Sequence record: MK327944.1
DNA: 64,000 nucleotides
Strand: one strand, 5' to 3'
DNA from: Escherichia phage vB_EcoM_G2540-3
Shown here in pieces: positions 55,007 through 64,000 of this stretch (positions within the stretch are counted from its first letter, which is position 1; the number at the start of each line of letters is the position of its first letter). The translations under genes were made by a program, and so were the position numbers. The notes beneath the pieces were generated by a model. The model was not told the DNA's origin and searched no databases. It saw nothing but the letters and a program-made list of their open reading frames with translations.

Positions 55007-55279
55007 TTATTTGTTCGTATACATTTCTAGATATCGATATACACCCTCAAAACCCTCGTTGAATTCATCGATGAGGGTTTTCTTATCTTCTTGAGTTAAT
55101 TCAGAAACAATTTTACGAAATGAATTCTGATTTAACTTTCTACCTTCATGCGTTACTCCAATCTCATTAAGAAATGCAATAAAATTAGCACGATTCTCAA
55201 CAATATCTTCTCTGGAAAATTTAATCAAAATAGATGCAACAGTAATAATTTCACGAACTGTATCAATGTTTTTATTCAT
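55007..55279 (-). CDS. asiA: Anti-sigma70 factor AsiA
   Basis: 90 aa, MNKNIDTVREIITVASILIKFSREDIVENRANFIAFLNEIG…. Confidence 0.93.
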   Translation of the reverse strand: MNKNIDTVREIITVASILIKFSREDIVENRANFIAFLNEIGVTHEGRKLNQNSFRKIVSELTQEDKKTLIDEFNEGFEGVYRYLEMYTNK

Positions 55280-55291
55280 TAACTATACCAC

Positions 55292-55444
55292 TCAATTAGT
55301 TGACTTTGTTATAATATCATCAGACGCTTGATTTGTAAACTGGTCTGTGTTATTTTCTTCAAAAATTTTTTCTACGAATTCCTTGAACGACTCGCGTTCC
55401 TGAGCTACATTATGCTCGATTACCTTTTCAAGATTATGACTCAT
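55292..55444 (-). CDS. Small hypothetical protein, 50 aa
   Basis: Hand-translated ATG ORF MSHNLEKVIEHNVAQERESFKEF… abutting the arn stop. Confidence 0.4.
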   Translation of the reverse strand: MSHNLEKVIEHNVAQERESFKEFVEKIFEENNTDQFTNQASDDIITKSTN

Positions 55445-55719
55445 TCGAAATAATCTTCAATTTCGTAATCATGGACATAAATCATTATAGTTTTTAATAC
55501 ATCATCAATGCTTTTTCCTGGAGCTGGAATTACGTAAAAATATCCTGCTTTTGAGAGGTCTTTATAAGTTCCAATCAAGAAATCATTATTCTCAAGATGT
55601 AACTCTTCAACTAATTCATTGACAATTGAATGGTATAGGTTTGGTAGAAACTTATATAGCTTTTCTAGAATATCAATTTTGATTGTGTATTGAACCACGG
55701 GCTGAGAATCAATAATCAT
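55441..55719 (-). CDS. arn: Probable Arn (anti-restriction, McrBC inhibitor)
   Basis: 92 aa at T4 arn position upstream of asiA; acidic. Confidence 0.6.
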   Translation of the reverse strand: MIIDSQPVVQYTIKIDILEKLYKFLPNLYHSIVNELVEELHLENNDFLIGTYKDLSKAGYFYVIPAPGKSIDDVLKTIMIYVHDYEIEDYFE

Positions 55720-55802
55720 AGACCTTCCCCTTATGTTTCTGTTTGCGATTAGATTCTTTAAACGCTTTCTTCTTATCCTTATGAACAGAAGCTTTATTAA
55801 AA

Positions 55803-56021
55803 TTATGCTTTGCGACTAAATTGTTCATAGTGCTGAATTACCTCTCTTAAACATTTGCATGTGAATGAAAACTTTTTAGCTACACCACATTCAAATATAT
55901 GTTCTCTTAAATCGCGTGTATCGGTATATCCCATCTCAACAATAAAATGCCGTATTAGATTTTTATCTTTATCGTTGAGAGAATTAAAATAATCGGATTT
56001 TGAATTAATTTCCCTGGCCAA
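55803..56021 (-). CDS. Hypothetical protein (apparent TTG start coupled to upstream stop)
   Basis: 72-aa ORF, Cys-containing. Confidence 0.4.
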   Translation of the reverse strand: MAREINSKSDYFNSLNDKDKNLIRHFIVEMGYTDTRDLREHIFECGVAKKFSFTCKCLREVIQHYEQFSRKA

Positions 56022-56301
56022 TTTGAATCACCTTCAGTTGGCGTTTTAGCTCTTTTATCATCTCTTCGTTCATCGCAATATAAAGATCGCGTAAAGCAAG
56101 TTTTAGCATTCCATTTACTGGATAACTAAATGGACATACATAATCTTTTCCTACGAGCTTTTTAGTGAATTCCATATCACAGAACTGAAATGCCGGTTCA
56201 TTTGTATAAATTCCCCAATTAGTTGACATCATTTTATTGGCATATTCCAACGCCTGGATTTGATTCTTAATTCCATCAATTTGAAACTTTTTAATATTCA
56301 T
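56005..56301 (-). CDS. Hypothetical protein
   Basis: 98-aa ATG ORF. Confidence 0.5.
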   Translation of the reverse strand: MNIKKFQIDGIKNQIQALEYANKMMSTNWGIYTNEPAFQFCDMEFTKKLVGKDYVCPFSYPVNGMLKLALRDLYIAMNEEMIKELKRQLKVIQIGQGN

Positions 56302-56768
56302 TAGTAAAGGTCCTCAGAGTAAAGTTCTTTTTCACTACCACCACGTTCAATACGCACTTGTCCAGCGTAAGTTGCAATAATCATTGCTTCTTCACGTGTC
56401 CAGTAATTGCTATACTGGTCAATAAATCCTTGGTCTTCACCACAAACATGGTCTGATACAAGTTTATCACTTACCTGGTCAAGAACTTCAGCCATATCTT
56501 TAGAATAATGACGAGCACCAGGAATAACCAGAGTCCCACCATCTTTTAACTTAAAGCGGTTGGCTGCACACACAATTCGACGTTGATATTTTTCATTATT
56601 GTTCCAATGAGCTACTTGCCAACAGATTTCAGGAACCTCTTCTAAAACATCCTCTTCCGTATATTCGGTGTAGTCGCCATAGGCCTGTAATTTAGCTGCT
56701 AGACTTTCTGGAGTTTCACGTAATAAAGCCAGGTCTAATAATTCAAGACGCTCTTTGAAGGTTTTCAT
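56301..56768 (-). CDS. Hypothetical acidic protein
   Basis: 155-aa ATG ORF. Confidence 0.55.
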   Translation of the reverse strand: MKTFKERLELLDLALLRETPESLAAKLQAYGDYTEYTEEDVLEEVPEICWQVAHWNNNEKYQRRIVCAANRFKLKDGGTLVIPGARHYSKDMAEVLDQVSDKLVSDHVCGEDQGFIDQYSNYWTREEAMIIATYAGQVRIERGGSEKELYSEDLY

Positions 56769-56922
56769 TTGGTTTCCTCAACACTTTTAATTTTTTTATA
56801 GCTTGTTTAGAACTTTCAAAGCATTGACAATATACTCTTACCGCATCAAACTGGTTGGCCGCTTTAAGATGGACTACACCTTCGCCGTTATAAAATTCTA
56901 CGACAATTTTAAATGTTTTCAT
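56743..56922 (-). CDS. Small hypothetical protein, 59 aa
   Basis: Hand-translated [34 protein letters not shown]… with ATGA coupling to upstream gene. Confidence 0.4.
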   Translation of the reverse strand: MKTFKIVVEFYNGEGVVHLKAANQFDAVRVYCQCFESSKQAIKKLKVLRKPNENLQRAS

Positions 56923-57248
56923 TTAAACCATCCTTTAATACGTTGCCATAAAGTTTTCTGTTGAGCTTTGTTAACACCAATTGAGCGAATAACTGGTTGA
57001 GATTCATGGAATTCTTTATAATCAGCAAGGTAAATTTCGTAAGCTGAATCCATAAAGGAACTTATAGCTGCCATGAAATTATTGCGAATACCTACTGGAG
57101 CATCTTTACTTTCACGAATAATCATGTATTTGCCAGTCTTAATCTTTACAATAGTTCCAAGATAAGCCCCATGGTACCAGATGTCCCACCCCTCCTGAGT
57201 GGGTTCTGCACAACGACGAAGTTCATTGACAATTTCTAACTTGTTCAT
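56919..57248 (-). CDS. Hypothetical protein
   Basis: 109-aa ATG ORF directly downstream of motA. Confidence 0.5.
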   Translation of the reverse strand: MNKLEIVNELRRCAEPTQEGWDIWYHGAYLGTIVKIKTGKYMIIRESKDAPVGIRNNFMAAISSFMDSAYEIYLADYKEFHESQPVIRSIGVNKAQQKTLWQRIKGWFK

Positions 57249-57258
57249 TATTTATTCC

Positions 57259-57894
57259 TCACAGTTCAGATGCTACAGTGATTACAGCTTCAATGTTTTC
57301 TGCCGAGCGTTTAATGTCAAGATACACATTACCGTTTTTAGCGATTTTACATGACATTCCGATGTCAGTAAATTTCTGAATATGATGTTCCATCATTTTG
57401 TATCCAAAAATTCGCATATTTCCATTGTTGTTAATTTCAAAATTACGAATTCCGTGAGTGCGTTTTTCTAAAATAGCGAGATAGTTACTGCGGTAAGTTT
57501 CAACCTTTTTAAGAACAAATCCATTTTCATCTAAAAGTTTTAACATGAAGTCTTTATCTTCTTCCATATCAGAAGTAATTTCGCGAGCTTTACGAGTTGC
57601 TCGTTTTTTCAGCAGTTCCGGAGCGTTTTCCTGTGCGTATAAAGTTGCTGCATTTGAAATAATATCCTGAGCTTCACCAGTAATGATTAATCCATCACCA
57701 GATTTCTCCACCAGGCCTTTTTTAATCAATACCCCAATATTACTATTAACTACTGCATTACCTAAATCTGGATGCACCTCACGAACTTCTGCAGCTGTAA
57801 TGAAATCTTTCTTAGCAATGGTAATTAAAATCGCAGCAGTTTTTTCATTCAGAATATCGTTAGAAGCTTTGATGATGTAAGTTACTTTAGACAT
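57259..57894 (-). CDS. motA: Middle transcription activator MotA
   Basis: 211 aa, MSKVTYIIKASNDILNEKTAAILITIAKKDFITAAEVREVHP…. Confidence 0.93.
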   Translation of the reverse strand: MSKVTYIIKASNDILNEKTAAILITIAKKDFITAAEVREVHPDLGNAVVNSNIGVLIKKGLVEKSGDGLIITGEAQDIISNAATLYAQENAPELLKKRATRKAREITSDMEEDKDFMLKLLDENGFVLKKVETYRSNYLAILEKRTHGIRNFEINNNGNMRIFGYKMMEHHIQKFTDIGMSCKIAKNGNVYLDIKRSAENIEAVITVASEL

Positions 57895-57899
57895 TTTAA

Positions 57900-57955
57900 T
57901 CTCCGTTTCAGTTCATTTATTTGATAGGTCTATAGTATCATGTTTAAAGCAGAAG
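57900..57955 (-). promoter_or_regulatory. Early-promoter-like element upstream of motA
   Basis: Minus-strand aaaaagtGTTTACttctgctttaaacatgatactatagacc. Confidence 0.45.
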
Positions 57956-57999
57956 TAAACACTTTTTTGCACTCTTTTTCAAGAGCTCTAATAAAGTAC

Positions 58000-58227
58000 T
58001 TACTTAATGTTCAGATTACGAACTTCGATTTCGTCTTCATGGGCAAAATCAAACTGTTTGAATTCTGTGTCACCTTTAAATTTAAAAATCATTGTGAAGA
58101 AAGTCAGAACACCAGGTTTTTCTTCACGAACTCCACAGATATCATATTCAATACCATCTACAACCAGTTTGTTAGCAGTCAGAGCATTTTTAGCTTTAAC
58201 GATTTCGTTTTCGATTTTAAATTTCAT
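58000..58227 (-). CDS. Hypothetical protein (motA.1 position)
   Basis: 75-aa ATG ORF. Confidence 0.5.
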   Translation of the reverse strand: MKFKIENEIVKAKNALTANKLVVDGIEYDICGVREEKPGVLTFFTMIFKFKGDTEFKQFDFAHEDEIEVRNLNIK

Positions 58228-58254
58228 TTTTTGTATCTCCGGGTTGTTTGTTTC

Positions 58255-58360
58255 AGTTCATTTATTTGATAGTTGTATAGTACCACAGTATGCTTTGGTT
58301 GTAAACCGTTTTGTGAAAAAATTTTTGAAATAAAAAAGGGAGAGCCTCGGCTCTCCCTAA
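58255..58360 (-). promoter_or_regulatory. PeSL-like cassette: terminator hairpin (gggagagccgaggctctccc plus T-run) and early-promoter-like element
   Basis: Shares 36-bp identical core with 41491-41526. Confidence 0.5.
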
Positions 58361-58362
58361 AA

Positions 58363-58512
58363 TTACTGCATGACTGTGATAACTGTCATGATAACACGTT
58401 GAATTCCGAACGCAAGAAGACCTCCTGCTACGGCAGGAACAACACCTAAACCCGCCAGTAAAATGCCACCAGATACTAATGCAGCGCTTGTGATACCAAT
58501 GAATGGACTCAT
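58363..58512 (-). CDS. Small hydrophobic membrane peptide, 49 aa (ac/52.1-like position)
   Basis: Hand-translated MSPFIGITSAALVSGGILLAGLGVVPAVAGGLLAFGIQRVIMTVITVMQ; ATGA overlap with gene 52 stop. Confidence 0.45.
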   Translation of the reverse strand: MSPFIGITSAALVSGGILLAGLGVVPAVAGGLLAFGIQRVIMTVITVMQ

Positions 58513-59837
58513 TTGATTTCCTCTAAATCTTTGGTGTATTCTGTAACTACATCAGTAGTTTTCCAATATTCGTTTTCTTCTTTTTTGGCTTTAGCTTCTT
58601 CAGCAAGTTTCTTTGCTTCGTCGGAAGTCATATGAAAAATGTTCATTCCAACTAGTTTATCAACATAAGAAGAATACATATCGATTTTCGAAAGTTCTTC
58701 GGTCAGTTCTTTGCGAGTTTTACCCTGTACAACGATTTCACCTGAAATTACTTTCTTAATGAAATGTGCCTTGGCAAAGGCTAAACGAAAAGCTGATTCA
58801 GTTTCTTTGATTTTGTTATCAATTCGTTTTTGGACATAAGTTTTACGAACTTCAACAAAGTCTTTAATTAAATCAACTACGTTATCGTAAACTTGCAGCT
58901 TTCCTTTCTCATTAATGACTGTAATATTTTGGGAACGACGCTCAATCAACCCGAAGTCTTTCATGATTTTTGCATGGCGTTCTTCTTCGTTATCACTCAA
59001 AGCGTATTCTTTGCGGAATTTAACTTTAAAGCCAAAGCCATGCTCACCACAAGCATCATCCCACGTAATGAAGCCTTTATCTTCAAGTGGGTCTAAGATT
59101 TTACTCACATAAGTTTCACGATCATACTTATACGGAATCTCAGTGATATGCATTTGAGTTCGTGAAGTAAACTTATATGTTCCACGAATTTCATATTGTC
59201 CATCAATTTCAACGACTTCACCACGAAATTCTGGGAATTCTACCTTCGGTTTAGTTACTTTCTTTCCTTGAAGAGCTTGCAGTACAGCTTTCTTAACAGA
59301 AGAAACACTATGAGGAAGAATGTAAGTTGCATAACCAGTTGCAATACCGGAAACGCCATTAAGAAGAACAGTAGGAATAATAGGCAAATAGAAAGCAGGC
59401 GGAATGTGTTCTTTATCTTGATGTACCGGAGCATATTCAGTATCTTTATATACGTTATAGAAATTTTTACTTACACGAGCAAAAATATAACGACTTGCCG
59501 CTGCTTTTTGAACAGTACGAGAACCAAAGTTTCCTTGACCGTCTAACAGAGGAAAGTTATTATTCCAAGTGTTAGCCATCAAAGCACCTGCGTCTTGCGC
59601 AGAGTTTTCACCATGATGATATCCAAGGTCCGCTACACCGCCTGCGATAGAAGCGAGTTTGTGAAACTTATCTTTATTTCCTCGTGCCAAATCAAGAGCT
59701 CGAGCAATAACAAATCGTTGAACTGGCTTAAATCCGTCAATCATATTTGGAATGGCACGATTTTCAACCGTGTACATAGCATAAGCCAATGCTTCATTAT
59801 CAATGATACTTTTTAAATCGCGATTATTCAGTTGCAT
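58509..59837 (-). CDS. 52: DNA topoisomerase II medium subunit gp52
   Basis: 442 aa, topo IIA DNA-cleavage-domain homology. Confidence 0.92.
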   Translation of the reverse strand: MQLNNRDLKSIIDNEALAYAMYTVENRAIPNMIDGFKPVQRFVIARALDLARGNKDKFHKLASIAGGVADLGYHHGENSAQDAGALMANTWNNNFPLLDGQGNFGSRTVQKAAASRYIFARVSKNFYNVYKDTEYAPVHQDKEHIPPAFYLPIIPTVLLNGVSGIATGYATYILPHSVSSVKKAVLQALQGKKVTKPKVEFPEFRGEVVEIDGQYEIRGTYKFTSRTQMHITEIPYKYDRETYVSKILDPLEDKGFITWDDACGEHGFGFKVKFRKEYALSDNEEERHAKIMKDFGLIERRSQNITVINEKGKLQVYDNVVDLIKDFVEVRKTYVQKRIDNKIKETESAFRLAFAKAHFIKKVISGEIVVQGKTRKELTEELSKIDMYSSYVDKLVGMNIFHMTSDEAKKLAEEAKAKKEENEYWKTTDVVTEYTKDLEEIK

Positions 59838-59841
59838 AAAT

Positions 59842-59982
59842 TTACCATACTAGTGAATGTAGTGCCATAATAACATCAGAAATGAAAAGCACGACTTGAA
59901 TTAATCCGAACATTACTCCATAATATAGTGCTACTAATAAAGTAGCAAGGGCTAATGAATAGCCCAAGATTTTCTTAATCAT
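59842..59982 (-). CDS. Small hydrophobic peptide, 46 aa
   Basis: Hand-translated MIKKILGYSLALATLLVALYYGVMFGLIQVVLFISDVIMALHSLVW. Confidence 0.4.
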   Translation of the reverse strand: MIKKILGYSLALATLLVALYYGVMFGLIQVVLFISDVIMALHSLVW

Positions 59983-60133
59983 TAGTAGATAACAACACAA
60001 ATGTTAAATATGCACACATACCCTGGGCTAAAGCTTGTGAAAACACACTGCTAGCATCGATACAGATAGTTAAAACACATGCTACTATCCAACAAATAAA
60101 TGAAATAACTCCTAATAATTTTGCGATATTCAT
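59975..60133 (-). CDS. Small Cys-rich hydrophobic peptide, 52 aa
   Basis: Hand-translated MNIAKLLGVISFICWIVACVLTICIDASSVFSQALAQGMCAYLTFVLLSTND. Confidence 0.4.
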   Translation of the reverse strand: MNIAKLLGVISFICWIVACVLTICIDASSVFSQALAQGMCAYLTFVLLSTND

Positions 60134-60220
60134 ATTTTCCTCACTGGCGTCCGAAGACGCCTTTAGTTTTAAGATTATTACGATAGAACTGCATCACGTG
60201 TTCGTTGTGGAAATTACTCA

Positions 60221-60679
60221 TTAATATGCCTGCAAAACGAATTTAAAATTATCAGCCAACATACGGTTCATTTCTTCAAGTGTTTGATACTCAGAATGAT
60301 GATTACGAGTAAACGCTAAAGCTAACTGTCCTTTTCCAAATCCCGTCGTCAGAGGTTTCATCTTAGAAGCAAGCAGATAAAATACTGTGTATGGAACATT
60401 GTTATTTGCAATAGTACGTGCAAGCTGAGACCGACGTTGACGAATATGACTTAGAACTGCACTGAATCCTTGCTTAGAACGCTGATTACCTACATAAAAT
60501 CGTGCAGACACACATGGATTACTAAATGGACGACCATCTAATTTACTTACTAAAAAATAAAATCCAGGTTTAGATAAAATATCTTTATGCGGAGTTCCCA
60601 AAAACCATTCACCGCCCTTGATTGTGCCAATAACAGTAGCGCCTGCATTATTCAGATCAGTAACAGTCATGTATTTCAT
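60221..60679 (-). CDS. ndd: Nucleoid disruption protein Ndd
   Basis: [35 protein letters not shown]… from ATG at 60679 with SD gaggaaa; track ORF starts 16 codons upstream. Confidence 0.88.
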
Positions 60680-60739
60680 ATTAATTTCCTCTAAATTATT
60701 TTCTACTCCAAGGCCGCGTGTATTCATGCGGCCATTAAA

Positions 60740-60955
60740 TTAATCGTCGCAGTCGACGCTCAATTCCCAAAACTCTTCTACGGTATAAGTTTCAGTATCA
60801 TTTTCAATACAGAAACGTTCATTACTGTTATTTGCTAAAGTAGCGTTAACTGTCATTTTCTCGCTGGTGCTCTTAAGAGGTGAAATACGAATTAACTGAT
60901 CACCACTATCCAAGCAAAAAATTTCACCAACTTTTACATCTTTAAAGATTTTCAT
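60740..60955 (-). CDS. Hypothetical protein
   Basis: 71-aa ATG ORF. Confidence 0.5.
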   Translation of the reverse strand: MKIFKDVKVGEIFCLDSGDQLIRISPLKSTSEKMTVNATLANNSNERFCIENDTETYTVEEFWELSVDCDD

Positions 60956-61070
60956 AATTCACCTCAAGGAGTATAAAATCCAAATGCAGTTGTTGACCAT
61001 CCCATCCAATATGGAAAATTTGCGCCAATGTAAAACATAAGAATATAAAACCAACCACTCAGCAAATTCA

Positions 61071-61268
61071 TCATTTTACACCATTCCAAATTGTTTCAAC
61101 CACGGATTTTAAACCATTTTGATGAATATCCATTCCGACTACCGTCATCAAATAAATTCCAACTACAACTGAACCTAAGGCAAAAATCAGCATGAAAATG
61201 AATAAAGCCGGAAAAATATTATCGAAAAACCATTCAATAAATGTAAAAGCACTGCGTTTACGCTTCAT
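61071..61268 (-). CDS. Small membrane protein, 65 aa
   Basis: ATG at 61268 with SD gaggaaaat; hydrophobic core FPALFIFMLIFALGSVVVGIYLMTVV. Confidence 0.45.
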   Translation of the reverse strand: MKRKRSAFTFIEWFFDNIFPALFIFMLIFALGSVVVGIYLMTVVGMDIHQNGLKSVVETIWNGVK

Positions 61269-61275
61269 ATTTTCC

Positions 61276-61389
61276 TCACATAAATCCAAAGTAAACGTTT
61301 AATACATCAATCATTAAAACGATTGGGAATATACTCAAAACTATTAGTATTATAACTACATTCCATATAGCTTTAACAATCTTTTTCAT
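61276..61389 (-). CDS. Small hydrophobic peptide, 37 aa
   Basis: ATG at 61389 with SD ggagg downstream of promoter-like element; MKKIVKAIWNVVIILIVLSIFPIVLMIDVLNVYFGFM. Confidence 0.4.
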   Translation of the reverse strand: MKKIVKAIWNVVIILIVLSIFPIVLMIDVLNVYFGFM

Positions 61390-61394
61390 TTTCT

Positions 61395-61445
61395 GTTCCT
61401 CCGTAGTTGATAGGGTAATAGTACCACGGAAGAACAGTCTTGTAA
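61395..61445 (-). promoter_or_regulatory. Early-promoter-like element
   Basis: Minus-strand aaaaaagttGTTTACaagactgttcttccgtggtactattaccc. Confidence 0.45.
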
Positions 61446-61454
61446 ACAACTTTT

Positions 61455-61553
61455 TTAAAAATATTCGTAATAAATGTGAATACCAATCACTACTGCCGAA
61501 ACTTGTGCAACCCACCATGCACACGCAATAAGTACAGAATTCAAAATTTTCAT
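61455..61553 (-). CDS. Small hydrophobic peptide, about 32 aa
   Basis: Hand-translated MKILNSVLIACAWWVAQVSAVVIGIHIYYEYF. Confidence 0.3.
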   Translation of the reverse strand: MKILNSVLIACAWWVAQVSAVVIGIHIYYEYF

Positions 61554-61632
61554 AATAACCTCATCACAAAAGTAAATGTTAAACAAATTACTGGAATACT
61601 AATTAACCAAACAAAACACCAACATAATGAAC

Positions 61633-61896
61633 TCATAGTTCAATCTCAACGATTTCCAAGTGTTTTTGTTTTATTGCCTTTTTAACACAATCATGGACTA
61701 AATATGACCATGAATCATTATATTCTCCATTAACTAATCGTTGGAGATCTTCACGTGATGATAAGTAAGGTTGATCTGATTCCCATTTTGATAAAAATAC
61801 TGCAGTAAAAATATCTCCTTCATCTGTAGTTGAAGTCGTAAATGCAATAAATTCACCGGTAATTTTATGTTTAGCGTAATAAAATTTAAATTTCAT
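61633..61896 (-). CDS. Hypothetical protein, 87 aa
   Basis: ATG at 61896 with SD ggagg (MKFKFYYAKHKITGEF…); track ORF extends upstream over a promoter-like element. Confidence 0.5.
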   Translation of the reverse strand: MKFKFYYAKHKITGEFIAFTTSTTDEGDIFTAVFLSKWESDQPYLSSREDLQRLVNGEYNDSWSYLVHDCVKKAIKQKHLEIVEIEL

Positions 61897-61899
61897 TTT

Positions 61900-61960
61900 T
61901 ACTCCTCCGTAGCTGATAGTTGTATAGTACCACGGTCCTTGTGGTATGTAAACTGTTTTG
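61900..61960 (-). promoter_or_regulatory. Early-promoter-like element
   Basis: Minus-strand …cacaaaacaGTTTACataccacaaggaccgtggtactatacaac…. Confidence 0.45.
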
Positions 61961-61970
61961 TGAAAATTTT

Positions 61971-62528
61971 TTAAATGGAAAGATACCATCCATTGTAGTT
62001 GCTTTTTCTTACAACCTTACGAAGGTCTTCTCTGTCACCGATGAACTTCGGAGTGTACTGGATAACACCTGGATGAATTTCTTTAGTGTTGAATATAATT
62101 ATACAGTCAGCGACTTGATGATTTAGAATGGGCCCTAGATTTATTCCAGAACCGTATGGATACTCTCCGCTGCATCCTGTTGTTACAGAAATCCAACGTG
62201 AGCCAGTTTGATGTGTCTTAACTTCTACACGAAGCCCACAGTATTTTGGATGTGCTAAAACATCCCACGCGTATGTATATGGATCATCGACATCTTCTTG
62301 ACCTTTATTAACATACCCGCTTAGCCAATCTGCTACAAAAAACTCTGCGTATACAGCAATACGACATCTTTCAATAACTTCTGCTTTATCCTGGTTCGGG
62401 TTTTGTTTTAAAGAGTATCTTGCAGTATCAGCAATTTTGACCTTCATTTCGCTAGTCAAGTCACTGTTCGATAGGGTAAATGTCGGAATCTGAAATAGTC
62501 TCTGTAAACCCGGATTCGTTTTCTGCAT
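61971..62528 (-). CDS. denB: Endonuclease IV DenB
   Basis: 185 aa at T4 denB position upstream of ndd region, ATG with SD aaggaaag. Confidence 0.7.
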   Translation of the reverse strand: MQKTNPGLQRLFQIPTFTLSNSDLTSEMKVKIADTARYSLKQNPNQDKAEVIERCRIAVYAEFFVADWLSGYVNKGQEDVDDPYTYAWDVLAHPKYCGLRVEVKTHQTGSRWISVTTGCSGEYPYGSGINLGPILNHQVADCIIIFNTKEIHPGVIQYTPKFIGDREDLRKVVRKSNYNGWYLSI

Positions 62529-62790
62529 TTAGACTTTCCTTTTTACCACTGAGATAAGCGTTATATACTTTAAGAGTGCCGTAATAAATTCGGTCATTTT
62601 CATCTAAAGACTCGCGGTCAAGTTCATCGAGCTCCTTTTTATCCATGACTATAACATCATTACAGTAAAGAAACCCAAGTTTTTCGTGACCAAACTCAAA
62701 TTTATTACAGTACACAATATTAGCGTGATGATTTCCGTGCAGTTTAATCTCTTTTATGTCGGAATCACCGATATTCATACAATAAATCAT
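62461..62790 (-). CDS. Hypothetical protein (denB.1 position)
   Basis: 109-aa ATG ORF with SD aaggaaaa; 3' end overlaps denB start by 68 nt in another frame. Confidence 0.5.
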   Translation of the reverse strand: MIYCMNIGDSDIKEIKLHGNHHANIVYCNKFEFGHEKLGFLYCNDVIVMDKKELDELDRESLDENDRIYYGTLKVYNAYLSGKKESLNAENESGFTETISDSDIYPIEQ

Positions 62791-62804
62791 AATTTTTCCT
62801 TAAA

Positions 62805-62825
62805 ACAAAAGGGCCGAAGCCCTTA
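62805..62825. terminator. GC hairpin (agggccgaagccct) flanked by A/T runs
   Basis: Inverted repeat read directly; same hairpin motif recurs at 63041-63058, 22691-22710, 2269-2284 and 7264-7277. Confidence 0.45.
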
Positions 62826-62827
62826 TT

Positions 62828-63022
62828 TTATTTGAATTGTGCAATTCTTTTCTCTAGACATTCAGCATAAGATTTCATTGAGATAAACTGCGAAAGTAAC
62901 AGTTCTTGCTCAACTGCATTAACTGTTAGAAACTTTGTGCTTTCTAAAAATTTGCTCAGTGCATTAATTTTTAGCATTAATTGATCGTATTCTTCTTTTA
63001 CTCGTGCTTGATAACCTAACAT
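62828..63022 (-). CDS. Hypothetical protein
   Basis: 64-aa ATG ORF between rIIB and denB region. Confidence 0.5.
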   Translation of the reverse strand: MLGYQARVKEEYDQLMLKINALSKFLESTKFLTVNAVEQELLLSQFISMKSYAECLEKRIAQFK

Positions 63023-63050
63023 AATTTTCCTTAGTTAAGGGCCGAAGCCC

Positions 63051-63989
63051 TTATTTAAATTGTTCAGTAACGTCTTCAACTACTTCGTATTGACAGGTAC
63101 GCATTTTAGCATCGTTGTAATCAATCGGAATTGATACTACATCGCGAGGATGTACTTTAACTTTTACAACTCGGCTGGTTGAACTGCCAAAGTGACGAAT
63201 ATAAGATTTAGAACACACATGCAAACCACGAGAACAAGTTTGTGTATCATCGTCATTCACACGAGTACGTGGCATTTTAACTACTTTACCAGGGCTGTTA
63301 TCAAAAGTATTTGAATGACAGTCAAAGTAATTGCTGCGAACTACTTTCCAAGCATAGAAGTAGCCGTCTTCTGTAATTTCAATATCGTTTGCTACCAAGA
63401 AATCAAAGAGTCGAGATACTGCTTTTTGGCTTGGGTTTTCCAGCAGATTTTCCAAGAACGGAAAATAAAATTCAAAGTTTTCGCCTTTTTCCATCGAATC
63501 AAGAATACGATCAACTAAACCAGACCGCAATTCAATATTTTGATAGAACAAACTTCCACCTTCAATCCGAACATCACCGGAAATATATTTTTCAACAGCG
63601 CGACGAACGTTAATTTTTTGCGCTGCTTCTTCCAATTTATCTGCAACAAGCAGATTAAGAATTTCCTGGAAGTTTGAATGTGTATTAGGAGTTGCGTTAT
63701 AAGTTACGCCATCAACGGTAATTGAAATGAATTTTTTAGATGCATTCCAAATAATGTCAGATTTAGCAACTGGAGCAATAACTGTATCGTTATTAACTTT
63801 AACTGTAATATCACCGCTAATGGTAACTTTAGAGCGTTCAGCTTCTTCAGCATTTTTCAAAACACGACGGATTGTGTCAACCGATACACCTTGCCAATCA
63901 GCCAATTCCTGTTGGGTATAATTACCACTTGAATACAGTTTAACAATTTCAGCTTGTTCGTTTTTGGTCAGGCATTTAATATTGTACAT
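63051..63989 (-). CDS. rIIB: rIIB protein
   Basis: 312 aa, MYNIKCLTKNEQAEIVKLYSSGNYTQQELADWQGVSVDTIRRVLKN…. Confidence 0.95.
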   Translation of the reverse strand: MYNIKCLTKNEQAEIVKLYSSGNYTQQELADWQGVSVDTIRRVLKNAEEAERSKVTISGDITVKVNNDTVIAPVAKSDIIWNASKKFISITVDGVTYNATPNTHSNFQEILNLLVADKLEEAAQKINVRRAVEKYISGDVRIEGGSLFYQNIELRSGLVDRILDSMEKGENFEFYFPFLENLLENPSQKAVSRLFDFLVANDIEITEDGYFYAWKVVRSNYFDCHSNTFDNSPGKVVKMPRTRVNDDDTQTCSRGLHVCSKSYIRHFGSSTSRVVKVKVHPRDVVSIPIDYNDAKMRTCQYEVVEDVTEQFK

Positions 63990-64000
63990 AATTTTCCTTA

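Overview
This window is a contiguous stretch of a T4-like (T-even, Tequatrovirus-type) coliphage genome, running from the 3' end of head-vertex gene 24 to rIIB. Almost every gene is recognisable by protein similarity to T4 and by conserved T4 gene order: rnlB, hoc, inh, uvsW, uvsY, baseplate genes 25-26-51-27-28-29-48-54, alt, DNA ligase (30), rIII, 31, cd, pseT, alc, rnlA, denA, split nrdB, nrdA, split td, frd, 32, 59, 33, dsbA, rnh, tail-fibre genes 34-38, t, asiA, motA, 52, ndd, denB and rIIB. It is not T4 itself: it carries a T2-type gp38 adhesin, a full-length I-TevIII in the nrdB intron, an extra MobE-like HNH endonuclease after uvsW, a longer Hoc, and no segG between 32 and 59. The most notable finding is a perfect 55-bp tandem duplication that frameshifts the ADP-ribosyltransferase gene alt into two ORFs. 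Other points worth a second look are a decayed partial copy of the alt 5' end, a DUF4326-like gene split by a 1-nt frameshift, an unassigned ORF between frd and td, and identical promoter/leader cassettes at two loci. No tRNA or CRISPR array was seen. Coordinates for track ORFs follow the supplied track (several starts trimmed to the first ATG with an SD, because the track also allows TTG/GTG starts); hand-derived coordinates (introns, small ORFs, promoters, terminators) may be off by 1-2 nt. Gene identifications are from memory of T4 proteins, not from a database search.
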